Origin: a virus
Taxonomy: Duplodnaviria > Caudoviricetes
Strand: one strand, 5' to 3'
DNA: 37,445 nucleotides
Virus record (IMG/VR): IMGVR_UViG_3300044453_000274
Location: 1-37,445 of that record
The position numbers and the translations under genes were made by a program. Positions 18,701 through 27,158 of the stretch are shown one piece after another. The number at the start of each line of letters is the position of its first letter. Within the stretch, counting starts at the first letter, position 1. Below the pieces are notes generated by a model. That model made no database searches. It saw only the letters and a program-made list of their open reading frames with translations, and was not told where the DNA came from.

Positions 18701-19290
18701 TCGCTTGTTCCTGAACACACATTCAGCACCGCCAAACCTGTATCATCGGCATTAATATTGACTGTAGTGCTGGTGCCATTGTCAAAGTTCCAGTTTTTGC
18801 CAACTTGGGTTAATACGCTGAGCTCGCTTTGATCAACCTGATCGCTTACCCACTCTTTGGTGGCGTAAATCATAGACGGATCAATTTTCTCGCTGATCAC
18901 TTGTGCATTGACAACGTCAATCACCGCTTTGATGCCAAGCTCTGCAGCTGCATTATCAGCAGCAGCAGGTTTGTAAGTTTCGGGGTAATTAATTATGGCA
19001 AATGCTTGGCCGTCGTCGGTATAAAAAGCCGCTTCACGAACATAAAAGCCGCCTTCAGAGGCAGGTACAATGCCCACGACTTCTATTAAGGCATTATTAT
19101 TCGTCAATTGTTTTAACGAACTAGTATGACTGCGATATCGAGAATTTGACAGGTCGTCAGAGGTATGCGTTATTTGCCCGTCACCGACGGCAAATTCACT
19201 GATTTTAACAGTGTGTTTATTGGCTATAGCCGCCAATACTTTCTCACGGCCAGCGCGCGTGAGTATGGTCCAATATTGAGAATTTGACAT
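15763..19290 (-). CDS. Long one-piece tail fibre (gpH-like N-terminus), module 3
   Basis: N-terminal YWTILTRAG, FAVGDG, GGFYVREAAFY, YPETYKP and IDPSMIYATKEWV motifs; Gly/Asn/His-rich repeated shaft; 1175 aa. Confidence 0.92.
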   Translation of the reverse strand: MSNSQYWTILTRAGREKVLAAIANKHTVKISEFAVGDGQITHTSDDLSNSRYRSHTSSLKQLTNNNALIEVVGIVPASEGGFYVREAAFYTDDGQAFAIINYPETYKPAAADNAAAELGIKAVIDVVNAQVISEKIDPSMIYATKEWVSDQVDQSELSVLTQVGKNWNFDNGTSTTVNINADDTGLAVLNVCSGTSDAQTTGRVYVGQSLRHGGGIEYNGNNNPVTTGAGADYVTLFRRSQGQLHWTAKNLHSNNDWEFRGAVKSPNFIEGGTSLKDKYQDKHDKLQQLTSSGFHFTPNDLKIHNKRALVGHTHDGQSNLHVNYGNDFENVFATGKWSFNHPIKIKGGSLDYKSGGYGNTFKLNTENGYLFIGPQNNIHCHYETDRTNHWFNTQVQVNGEIYAGSGHNKRVFHQGFLPTTGELGVYSKVESDSNYLGKTEKAVDSAKLEGKTKAEVISEARNGLAQVNTSPTFKNATFDNGTSTTVNINADSNGMATLNVSSDDYANGQTAGRVYVGQSLRCGGGIEYNGDNAPLTTGAGADYFAFFRNDHGDYQWTARNYFLNNNWEFRGAVKSPNFIEGGTSLKDKYQDKHDKLQQLTSSGFHFTPNDLKIHNKRALVGHTHDGQSNLHVNYGNDFENVFATGKWSFNHPIKIKGGSLDYTALNQSAAFKLNTEKGYLFVGPQNNNYCHYETDRPRHWFNKPIQVSGEIYAGHGSDKRVFHQGFLPTTGELGVYSKAESDSKYLGKTAKAADSAKLEGKTKAQVVSEARANLVVYKSTPTHGRNFLSDAAWVVSCANGSVTNIDHLWYTDSNADGFAGAYHACADSTFKAQGNAAFYAGGFFENGTKLSDKYHQKSDKLARFENSLIDTNGGQDLLIRNKRALVGSEGRLVINYGSDWPFVTANGKWQFADSINTNGDITVTKNNPWLTLDSASTGNAHNEQAAGISLGEGGRHNSASLHLSYTGGGHSYIGMGGLGSDNIANNWAMKMQYQSTWVQFRSAVLLGNGNTQLSKGSDNSLRIKTNHGYVDIGPQNSHHCHYVTSLSNHWFNKDVRVNGEIYAGPDYNRRVLHEGNISSYAEKRTVKASGTLTASSKNHLTATKTFTLPSVTNLAEGTTVVTSKAMAVTPTIKTHGAEHIAMMRGTTMITDTSVLFDRHCTLTFILNSEKNWEMQ
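16982..18787 (-). repeat. Internal ~930-bp (310-aa) duplication in the long fibre, with a 277-bp identical core
   Basis: The units span ~17912-18787 and ~16982-17860. By eye, 17304-17580 is identical to 18234-18510. Confidence 0.92.
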
Positions 19291-19302
19291 ACGTTGTTTT
19301 CT

Positions 19303-19908
19303 TTAATGAGTATAGGGATAAATGGTGATCATTGAGGAGCTGCAATGCATGCTATTTAGCTCAACCATAGGTTTGGCTTGCAGGTTCATATGCAAGCTAT
19401 AGTCAACCGATTTACGTTTGGCGCGGTCTATGAGCTTTCGGGTTTCTTTGATCAGTGGTAGATCAATCCCTCGATGCGACACATACACATCAACCCGAAA
19501 CGTGCCAGGTTCAGACATGGGCTGATGCTCAAACCATTCGCTGATCTGCGCGCCCATATCGAAATGTGCTAAAGCATTGGTTATAGCAAATCGAGTACCT
19601 AAGTATTGATGCTGCTGGTAGCTGTCTGCCACCAGCGAACGTTTAACTGACTCGGGCCAGCTTTCATCCCAATCTTTTATGCCTTGACTCCATGCCAACC
19701 AAGGTAATAAGGCCTGCGGACAGTGAGCGGGTTGCCAAAGTGTCGATACGGCTTGGGCCCCTTGTTCAAGTGTCGCGAGCTCTTGGGCAATTAATGCTTG
19801 CAATTGGGTTTGCAATGCACTGCCTTGGTGAAGTGGTTCAAAGCCGGTGTTTGCTGTGGTACTGGGAGTGAAATCTGCTGCTTTATTTACCTTTGTTGAT
19901 TTGCTCAT
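19303..19908 (-). CDS. gpI: Tail protein I, module 3 (no C-terminal extension)
   Basis: LWQPAHCPQALLPWLAW...WDESWPESVKR and EWFE..PGTFRV motifs. Confidence 0.92.
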   Translation of the reverse strand: MSKSTKVNKAADFTPSTTANTGFEPLHQGSALQTQLQALIAQELATLEQGAQAVSTLWQPAHCPQALLPWLAWSQGIKDWDESWPESVKRSLVADSYQQHQYLGTRFAITNALAHFDMGAQISEWFEHQPMSEPGTFRVDVYVSHRGIDLPLIKETRKLIDRAKRKSVDYSLHMNLQAKPMVELNSMHCSSSMITIYPYTH

Positions 19909-20810
19909 ATCAGCACCTCAAACTCCAGCCCAGTAAGGCCGTTGTCACACAGGGCGACTTCATCGCTTGCCACTATAATGTTGTGTGCAGGGCTGATAAG
20001 TTCGACTTCTTCGACCCCCGCTTGGTGTAATACGGCAAATAACGCCGAGCGCTTAATGTGCTTGCCCAGCCCTGCGCGCGCTTTTAAGAAGGCGGCAACT
20101 TTGTTGCGTACTTGTTGCGCTACTTGTGCATGGCCTGGCCCCAACTCTAATTTAACTTTACCGCGTAAATTAAAAGTGCGTGTTTTGGCGGGTAATAATT
20201 GTACTCGGTCACCAATTGGCCGTATTTTTTGCGCACTTAATACCTCTGACACCGAGTTTTGATCGCCAGCTTTTAAACCAAAGGTGGTTTCTAGTTTGTT
20301 CATCAACTCAGTCGATGGCAAGCCAGAAGGCGTTTCATTGCTCAAAACGGTGATCACAATATGTGACGGGCTGGGGCTGCTGACAAATACGTCTTTTACC
20401 CGTGGATCGGCACTTAAGGTGTGATACTCGTAACTTTCTTGCGTGCCTGCGGTATTTAAGCTGTGAAAAGCTTTATGAATACGCTGGCGTAAGCGCTCGT
20501 CAGATTCTTCGGCTAAACGCGCAACACGATAACGCGCGCCGATGTGATCAAGATCGGCCCCTGTTGCACTGGCCAACAAATTTGACTTAGCGGCGTCGTT
20601 CACTCGGGCGCGTAATAATGTGCTTTGATAGGCATAAGCGTTTAACAGCTGGGTTAACGGATCTGATTCAAGGGCCAGTGCGTCGGCCAGCTCAGGATTG
20701 CTTGTAAGTAAAGTGGCTTTTAAACTCGTTAAAAGTTGTTCAGCGTCAAGTTGTTCGAGCACATCGGGCGCTGGTAATTTAGCTAAGTCAAGTAATTGAG
20801 ATGTTGGCAT
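19905..20810 (-). CDS. gpJ: Baseplate protein J, module 3
   Basis: LDLAKLPAPDVLE, LESDPL, LLASATGADLD, ESDERLRQRI and RPIGDRV motifs. Confidence 0.93.
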   Translation of the reverse strand: MPTSQLLDLAKLPAPDVLEQLDAEQLLTSLKATLLTSNPELADALALESDPLTQLLNAYAYQSTLLRARVNDAAKSNLLASATGADLDHIGARYRVARLAEESDERLRQRIHKAFHSLNTAGTQESYEYHTLSADPRVKDVFVSSPSPSHIVITVLSNETPSGLPSTELMNKLETTFGLKAGDQNSVSEVLSAQKIRPIGDRVQLLPAKTRTFNLRGKVKLELGPGHAQVAQQVRNKVAAFLKARAGLGKHIKRSALFAVLHQAGVEEVELISPAHNIIVASDEVALCDNGLTGLEFEVLI

Positions 20811-21081
20811 AAAAAAGTCTTGTAAGATGAAAAAATAGAAGAAAATGCGGCATGGTAAAGACGCGGTTATAAACCCTTAGCTGCGTAAAAAACAGCGCGG
20901 CATCAAGCCCCGTCTGCCAAGGTTGATGGCTAATTTATGTTGACGACATTTTATATTTTGCTATTTGACGCAAAACATCACCCCCGAGGTGAGCACACAT
21001 CATTGCGATGTGCCGTGAAGTCATGTTGTGAAATTCAACCGTGTCTTAGCCATCATTGGCATAGTACTCAATTATGGGCTT

Positions 21082-21123
21082 ATCATAGCAACATTCTGCA
21101 CTGTTAAACGGTCAAAGCTGCCC
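21082..21123 (-). promoter_or_regulatory. Putative activator-dependent promoter of module 3 (dyad, 22 nt, then extended -10 TGcTATGAT)
   Basis: Plus strand GGTCA-AAGC-TGCCC at 21110-21123; minus-strand TATGAT at 21087-21082. Confidence 0.58.
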
Positions 21124-21991
21124 TGTTATGCAGTAAACCGCGTTGACCTCTAAAAAACGTTTGAATGGCATACTCTAATAAGTGCTTATTGACTGTGACT
21201 CAAAGCTTTGCGCTTATAGAGTAATGAGGTTAATGCACAAGATTGATTGTTAACCCCTGCCCGATTAAAAGCACCATCAAACAACGTATAAACACTGTGA
21301 ATTTGAAAAATATAACTGAGTAAGATCACCTCATTTAACGAGCTGATATGAGAAGTGAAACACATAATGATTGAGTGCAATACATGGTTTACTATTTGAA
21401 TTATGTTTATGAAGAATACGTCTGGCACATTGCCATCGCAGGGTAAATGATCACTGTATGGCAAGCACCGTTTTATATACTGTATTTTGTAAAGACAGGC
21501 TTTTAAAGGAGAGGTTTTTTAACAGCGGCGATCATAATATATAGAATAATATTCAAGTAACAAAGAGGTAAATAACCTCATTGGATTGTACGTAAGTTTG
21601 TTTTCAAAACATTTTCTATTCCAAAACCCTTATTCAAACCTGAGGTTAAATAAGCGCTTCAGTATTGAGCTTGCTTTACTCACTACAAGTAAAACCAGCT
21701 CAATACCGTCACGCCAAAACCCCCTACGGTAGAGTTGTGGTCACGATTTTAGTAAACCACACCCATTCGCTTTGTTGTATTAATTTTGCGTCATCCATAA
21801 CCTGTGTATCACCAGCCATAAGGATTTATGCGATCTCATCGTCATCAAATACCATGACAATTTATCTTAAAATCAAAGTTAATATATCACTGTATAGTTT
21901 TGGTGAGTGTACACTGAATTTCATGCAACTAAATAACTCAATACAAATTGCAAACTTGTATTGAAAACAACAAAGGAGAAAACTAAAAACA

Positions 21992-22333
21992 TTAAACCAT
22001 AGGCTTAACCGGAAACGGATTAAAGGCTGTGTTAAAATCAAAATTTTGTTCAGTCACATCACGTAAAGCTTGGCGGTATATCCTCAGTGTTTGTGTATCT
22101 TTGCCAGCATCTTCTGCTTTTTTAATTGATACATCCGCATCAATAAGTAAATCAGCCCTTACTTCTCTCACTTCATCTAAATTAGCAAAAAAAGGGACTA
22201 TGCTACTTGAACCATTTTTACGTAGTTCTAAACGAAATTGGCATAAGATATCGAGTCTATCTTGTTCTAATTGGGCAGCTAAAATCGCGTCAAAATTAAT
22301 ATCATTGTCTAATTGATCTATATGGTTATCCAT
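21992..22333 (-). CDS. Tail fibre assembly chaperone (XkdW-like), module 2
   Basis: VRADLLIDADV...LRIYRQALRDVTEQ...FPVKP motif. Confidence 0.78.
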   Translation of the reverse strand: MDNHIDQLDNDINFDAILAAQLEQDRLDILCQFRLELRKNGSSSIVPFFANLDEVREVRADLLIDADVSIKKAEDAGKDTQTLRIYRQALRDVTEQNFDFNTAFNPFPVKPMV

Positions 22334-22343
22334 TTACTATTCC

Positions 22344-23297
22344 TTAAAAGCTGCTGCGACGGGTGTTAAAATTTGAAATAACATTATTCATTGGTAAATC
22401 TGGATCTGAACTCAGATATTGACCATGCACAAAATACTTTCTAGCTGATTTAATATTTGCTGAGGTATCTCTGGTATAAATCCCACTTATTGCGCATTTC
22501 GCAGGCTGATTTGAAGTGGAAAATATAGCTTTATCGTATGGACCTTCTGTAATTAATCGATTTAAGTTACACCGAATCATATATGAGCTAAAATCCCCAC
22601 ATGAAACACCTGAAGCAAGCTTCGCCAGTGGCGTACCTAGATCCCAATAACACTTTATTGAAGTAATGTTAATATTTGAGACAAAATCTGTGCGGAAAAT
22701 AAGCCCAGTCCAAATAGAAGATCTCCATTCATTTGGCAGCGTCGGCGTATAAAGAAAAATGCTGGCAAATTTAATCGTCAATGGGGATGTTAATGCAGGC
22801 CTTAACCCAGAAACAGGCCTTTTATATCTTTCAAATGGCGCATCTTGTTCAATAAGTAGTTGATTCTCAATCGTTGCATAATTCTCCTTAAACACATTTG
22901 CATCATCAGCAGAATAATTGGGGGACTGTTCTATACTACCTGGGCGTGTATAAAAACCTAGATACTTACATCCTATATAATGTACTTTAGTGATTGTATA
23001 AGTCTGCCCTGCTTCAAAATAAAGTCTACACTTTTTATCTTTCGGACACATACTTATAGCTTTATCGATAGTTTTCAGTGGCCGTTCAACACTGAGTCCA
23101 TCATTGAGATCATCTCCTTTTACACCATCAATAAATAAACTCAAGTCGTTATCGACAACAGTTTTCACCGCTTGTTGCATATGTACTTTTGATTGGGCCC
23201 GCTCTGATTGCCATTTATCCAATTCTGTCTCTATTGTATTGGTTAACTCGGTATTGGTTTGTACCACCTGAGCGAGTAGCTCGGTATTCGTTGCCAT
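22344..23297 (-). CDS. Putative receptor-binding protein with beta-helix-associated motif, module 2
   Basis: N-terminal coiled coil followed by FIDGVKGDDLNDGLSVERPLKTIDKAI. Start is ATG 23297 (AAGGAG RBS). Confidence 0.65.
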   Translation of the reverse strand: MATNTELLAQVVQTNTELTNTIETELDKWQSERAQSKVHMQQAVKTVVDNDLSLFIDGVKGDDLNDGLSVERPLKTIDKAISMCPKDKKCRLYFEAGQTYTITKVHYIGCKYLGFYTRPGSIEQSPNYSADDANVFKENYATIENQLLIEQDAPFERYKRPVSGLRPALTSPLTIKFASIFLYTPTLPNEWRSSIWTGLIFRTDFVSNINITSIKCYWDLGTPLAKLASGVSCGDFSSYMIRCNLNRLITEGPYDKAIFSTSNQPAKCAISGIYTRDTSANIKSARKYFVHGQYLSSDPDLPMNNVISNFNTRRSSF

Positions 23298-23307
23298 AGG
23301 TGCTCCT

Positions 23308-26300
23308 TTATAGCATTTCGTCGATATCATTAATCGTCAGCGTGCCGCTGACAGCTTGTTTTAAAAGTGTTTTGAGATTGTCGCGTAACCAGTGTTGCTG
23401 GTTTGCGTCATGACTGTGTTCAAAATAAAGCGGGTATACAGGAAAACGCTGTCGGTGGCCGTCATAGTCATGTACTCGAATGCCATTGCCATAAAGCAAC
23501 CTCGGTGTGCCATTTTTGTCTTTTACCCAAGCCGTATTGGTCGTGTCTGCGGGGTCATTGCCTGTTATTTGTTCACTGAGTAAGGCCTTTGGTGTACCAA
23601 AGTAAAAATGTCGGTCGTCAATGCCAGAAAAGGCTGTTTCTGCATTTTTACCTCCGTGGTTTTTCTCTTCAGCCCTTAATTGAGTATTTGGCACATAAGC
23701 GCATTCATATGGATTCCAGTACTCTCTGGGCGTTCGTAGAATAAGCTCTAACGGGATCATCCAACTAAACCCGCCTACCACTTTTGAATGCGTGGTTTTA
23801 GCACAAAATAGAGTGGGGTCGTTAAATCCTCTATTCGCCGTCACACGCCCTGATGCGTCATTGCGATTGAATCGATAACGGCGATTATAGTACGCCGCAT
23901 TGAGCTCTCCTCCTAGCCAATCTTGCAGCGTGTCGTTTAAACCATACTGATCATAAGTCTCTTTTAGAGATGCACCCACGCCATTAAGACCCGGTAATTG
24001 TTCACACAGTTGAGCTAAGTCGACACACTCAAAACGGGCCATTCGACTTCGTATTAGCTTCTGATTATTACCTACTCGCGCTCTGCTTCTGAGATCTTTT
24101 ACCAGCTTAAAACGGTTTGTGTGATCGATGATCCCCTTAAGTGCTTTGTCTTCATTATAAGGTAGCTGACTACTATCTCCATAAATCACCGATACCGGAT
24201 GCTGATGCGAAGTGTCTAAATCTTCGCCTATGAGTTGACCATTTTTCCAAGTGATACGAATGTCATGATGATGATTAAAGTCAGTTGATGTCTTTACTGT
24301 CAGCGCTGGCACTGCACCCGTTTTCAGTTGTTCAATTTGTGCTTGGCTCAATGGTTCAGCAATATGATGATAATGACTCCCGGTATTACCAACAATGATC
24401 TTTGCGTTGCTTAGGCCTAATTTTTGTTCCAGTGTTGCCACTGCCATACTGCTGATCCTAAACTGCAATAAACCATGTTGTGGCACTCCTTGGTCGTCAA
24501 CATAGCTGATCCGCATTGGATGATAGGGTAAATTTTCAGAGCGGTTTTTATGACCGGAATAATTTAAATAGCGACCTTTGTCAAAAATTTGTTTCAGTTT
24601 TTTTCCATCATTTGAATGACGAAAGCTGTCTGTAGGATCATTCAAATCATCTTGAAAAGTTTCTATCCAACACTCTAAATAGCTCAGTTCCCAAATACAG
24701 TCTTGTGGAGATTGCTGCTTAACATCTCGCATATACCCTGCTTGCGTATTTTGAAAGTTAATGCGACCGTCAGCTTCACAGCCTGTTGGCAACGCGTTAA
24801 CATAACTGGGAATTTGTGCGGCAATTGAGTGAGTTCTCGCTAAGTATGGGCCTGGTACTGAATGCATTAAGCGATAATCATTGTGGCGTGTACGAAAGTA
24901 ATAACCATTAATACACGCGGCCACTTCAGCCATACCGGGCATGGCTTTGTAATTAGGGTGATTATGTATGTTAAGCGTTGCATAACTTGCATCTACTACA
25001 CGATGTCCAACACTGAATCCTTTGTCAGCTTGATATTGGCGGGTACCCACTACACCACTTCCACCGTTCATTCTTAGAAATTCAGCCATTCCCTCTTGGT
25101 AACTGGCTGTACTCAACCAGCCACGCTCAACCATATTTAATACAGGCAAGCCATGGCTTTCTCCTGGGGCATGGGTACCTCGGAAATCGTCTTTGTTAAT
25201 CTCTGCAACAGGTTTTTTTGCAACTTCTTCAAGCTCCACCTGCGTGACGTCTAGTTTATTCCTCAAGTCATCAATCTGTAGACTCAATGAATTAATTAAA
25301 TGGTCTTTTTGGTAGCGACTTAAATTATTACTCAAAATGCCCAGAGCAAGACGGCTCATCCCTTGTTCGAAATTAACCCATTGCTCGTCAATTTGCGCAT
25401 CGTGCAATGCGACTGGCACTTTTCCCGCTTCAGGGGTTGTCGCTGCGGCAAAGTCAGAGGTTACTTTAGTTGCTAAATTAGCAGCATACTGTGCTTTATC
25501 GGCTTGCTCATGAGCCAGCACACTGGCTTGCGTTGCTATTTCGGCTTGGTAAGTTGCTGAAGATTTTGCCTCATTTGCGTTACTGGCTGCAGTTTGTGCT
25601 TGTTGTGATGCAACGCTCGCCTGTGCTTTGATTTGCCCAGTTTGATCTTTCAACAATTCTGTGTGCTGTCTAAATTGATTCGCTTCTTCAGCAGCCCTTT
25701 CACTATTGAAAGCTTGCATTGAGGATGCCGCAGCTTGGGCATCTACGGCTTTTTTGGCGATATTTGTCTTTAATGTATTAGCACTAAACAAGTCTTTTAA
25801 CTGACCCACTTCGTTATATTGCGTTGTCATTTTATCAGCAAGGGCTTGTGCAAACGCCTGTGCCGTTTGCGCTTTTGTGCTATGAACCTCTACACTTTTG
25901 GCAACATCAACTGAGTGAGCCAGTTGTGTGTCTATTTGTTGTTTAGCATCTGCCACTTCTGAGGTCATTAACGCGCTAACTGACGCTTGCGCATCCGCTG
26001 TTTTGCGAGCAATATCAGCATGCCATGTATTATCTGCGACTTGAGCACTGAGTGTATGAACTTGGTCTGCTTGCTCGCCAATTCTGTGCGATGCTACTTT
26101 GAATTCGTTATGCTTATTAACCACATCATTATGTCTTTGATGGACATCTTTATGCATAAACTCCATACGCTCAGTTTGGCTATCAAACTCATCAAGTTTG
26201 GGCGCAACCTGCGCTAAGCTGGCTGCATTGCGTTGTATGTCTTGTTCAAATTGCGTTAGATATTCACTGGTTTTTTGAGCCGTTTTTGCAAGCTCTTTAA

Positions 26301-26718
26301 TTCCTGCTGGTGTGGGTATTTGCGCCATTTCACCATTGAAACTGGTGATATTATGACTGGCCTTATTACTGCTAAACCAACCCGTTAGTTCATTTTCACG
26401 TTGGTGCCACTTTCGCTGTAACAGGGACAATTGTGACGACAGCTTTGCTGTTAATCCTTGTCCAAAGTCTTGAATGATCCCATATGCAATTTGGTTATAA
26501 TTTTTCGAAGGAGTAAATGAACTCCCATTAAGGTGAGATACGCGCAATGAGCTATTGTCTATCACATCAATGACCGTTAATAACGTATCTTGGTCATTGG
26601 TACGAAAATAGAATAAATCGCCTATCTTAATGTTTGCCACATCAACAAAAAGAGTTGATGTGCCTTGAACAATATCTTCACCCTTTTTAATACTGATTTT
26701 TCCGACTGTGTAAGTCAT
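23308..26718 (-). CDS. Large fibre/spike-like protein (tailspike-type N-terminus, Ala-rich coiled coil, His-rich C-terminal domain)
   Basis: N-terminus YTVGKISIKKGEDIVQGTSTLF resembles phage spike anchors; Ala/Gln-rich stalk. Start is ATG 26718 (GAGG RBS), 1136 aa. Confidence 0.7.
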   Translation of the reverse strand: MTYTVGKISIKKGEDIVQGTSTLFVDVANIKIGDLFYFRTNDQDTLLTVIDVIDNSSLRVSHLNGSSFTPSKNYNQIAYGIIQDFGQGLTAKLSSQLSLLQRKWHQRENELTGWFSSNKASHNITSFNGEMAQIPTPAGIKELAKTAQKTSEYLTQFEQDIQRNAASLAQVAPKLDEFDSQTERMEFMHKDVHQRHNDVVNKHNEFKVASHRIGEQADQVHTLSAQVADNTWHADIARKTADAQASVSALMTSEVADAKQQIDTQLAHSVDVAKSVEVHSTKAQTAQAFAQALADKMTTQYNEVGQLKDLFSANTLKTNIAKKAVDAQAAASSMQAFNSERAAEEANQFRQHTELLKDQTGQIKAQASVASQQAQTAASNANEAKSSATYQAEIATQASVLAHEQADKAQYAANLATKVTSDFAAATTPEAGKVPVALHDAQIDEQWVNFEQGMSRLALGILSNNLSRYQKDHLINSLSLQIDDLRNKLDVTQVELEEVAKKPVAEINKDDFRGTHAPGESHGLPVLNMVERGWLSTASYQEGMAEFLRMNGGSGVVGTRQYQADKGFSVGHRVVDASYATLNIHNHPNYKAMPGMAEVAACINGYYFRTRHNDYRLMHSVPGPYLARTHSIAAQIPSYVNALPTGCEADGRINFQNTQAGYMRDVKQQSPQDCIWELSYLECWIETFQDDLNDPTDSFRHSNDGKKLKQIFDKGRYLNYSGHKNRSENLPYHPMRISYVDDQGVPQHGLLQFRISSMAVATLEQKLGLSNAKIIVGNTGSHYHHIAEPLSQAQIEQLKTGAVPALTVKTSTDFNHHHDIRITWKNGQLIGEDLDTSHQHPVSVIYGDSSQLPYNEDKALKGIIDHTNRFKLVKDLRSRARVGNNQKLIRSRMARFECVDLAQLCEQLPGLNGVGASLKETYDQYGLNDTLQDWLGGELNAAYYNRRYRFNRNDASGRVTANRGFNDPTLFCAKTTHSKVVGGFSWMIPLELILRTPREYWNPYECAYVPNTQLRAEEKNHGGKNAETAFSGIDDRHFYFGTPKALLSEQITGNDPADTTNTAWVKDKNGTPRLLYGNGIRVHDYDGHRQRFPVYPLYFEHSHDANQQHWLRDNLKTLLKQAVSGTLTINDIDEML

Positions 26719-26846
26719 GTAAACCTCTATATGACCTACTCGTAGGCACACGTTACCTAATCCACATACAAATGAGTGAACTTCCAAAAAATGTAAGTTG
26801 GTGTATTTTGAAAAAACGCGTGCTTAAGTAAGCGAATGATTGGTTA

Positions 26847-27158
26847 TTAAAGTGGAAGTAAAAGCGGAAAACGTTGTTTTATCTCGGTAACTTTGTCTTT
26901 CCATTGTTGCTTTTTGAGCGCTGACTCATCAAATAAATATTCCATGTACAAAGGATCAGACTCTTCCTTATAAGCTAACTTTCGTTGCCGTTTTATTTGA
27001 TTATTTTTATGTTGTTCAATCGCTTCAAATACCGTTTCTGCTTCAATGCCTTTATGGATCCCATAGCCTACTACCCGCCCCTCAATGACTGGAAGTTGTG
27101 TTTCTGGATCGAGCAGACTGTCTATGTCGAAATATTCAAATTGATTTACTTTAAGCAT
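26847..27158 (-). CDS. Putative tail fibre assembly chaperone, module 2
   Basis: RKLAYKEESDPLYMEY...W...IKQRFP, a motif shared with the genes at 30616 and 31953. Confidence 0.7.
   Translation of the reverse strand: MLKVNQFEYFDIDSLLDPETQLPVIEGRVVGYGIHKGIEAETVFEAIEQHKNNQIKRQRKLAYKEESDPLYMEYLFDESALKKQQWKDKVTEIKQRFPLLLPL

Noticed and set aside
21143-21176. Divergent plus-strand promoter (TTGACC, 22 nt, TACTCT)
   Set aside because: Only a half-site and a weak -10, with no credible downstream gene.
21186-21964. ORFs 21186-21464 (-) and 21665-21964 (+)
   Set aside because: Both have non-ATG starts, no RBS and no motifs; likely chance ORFs.
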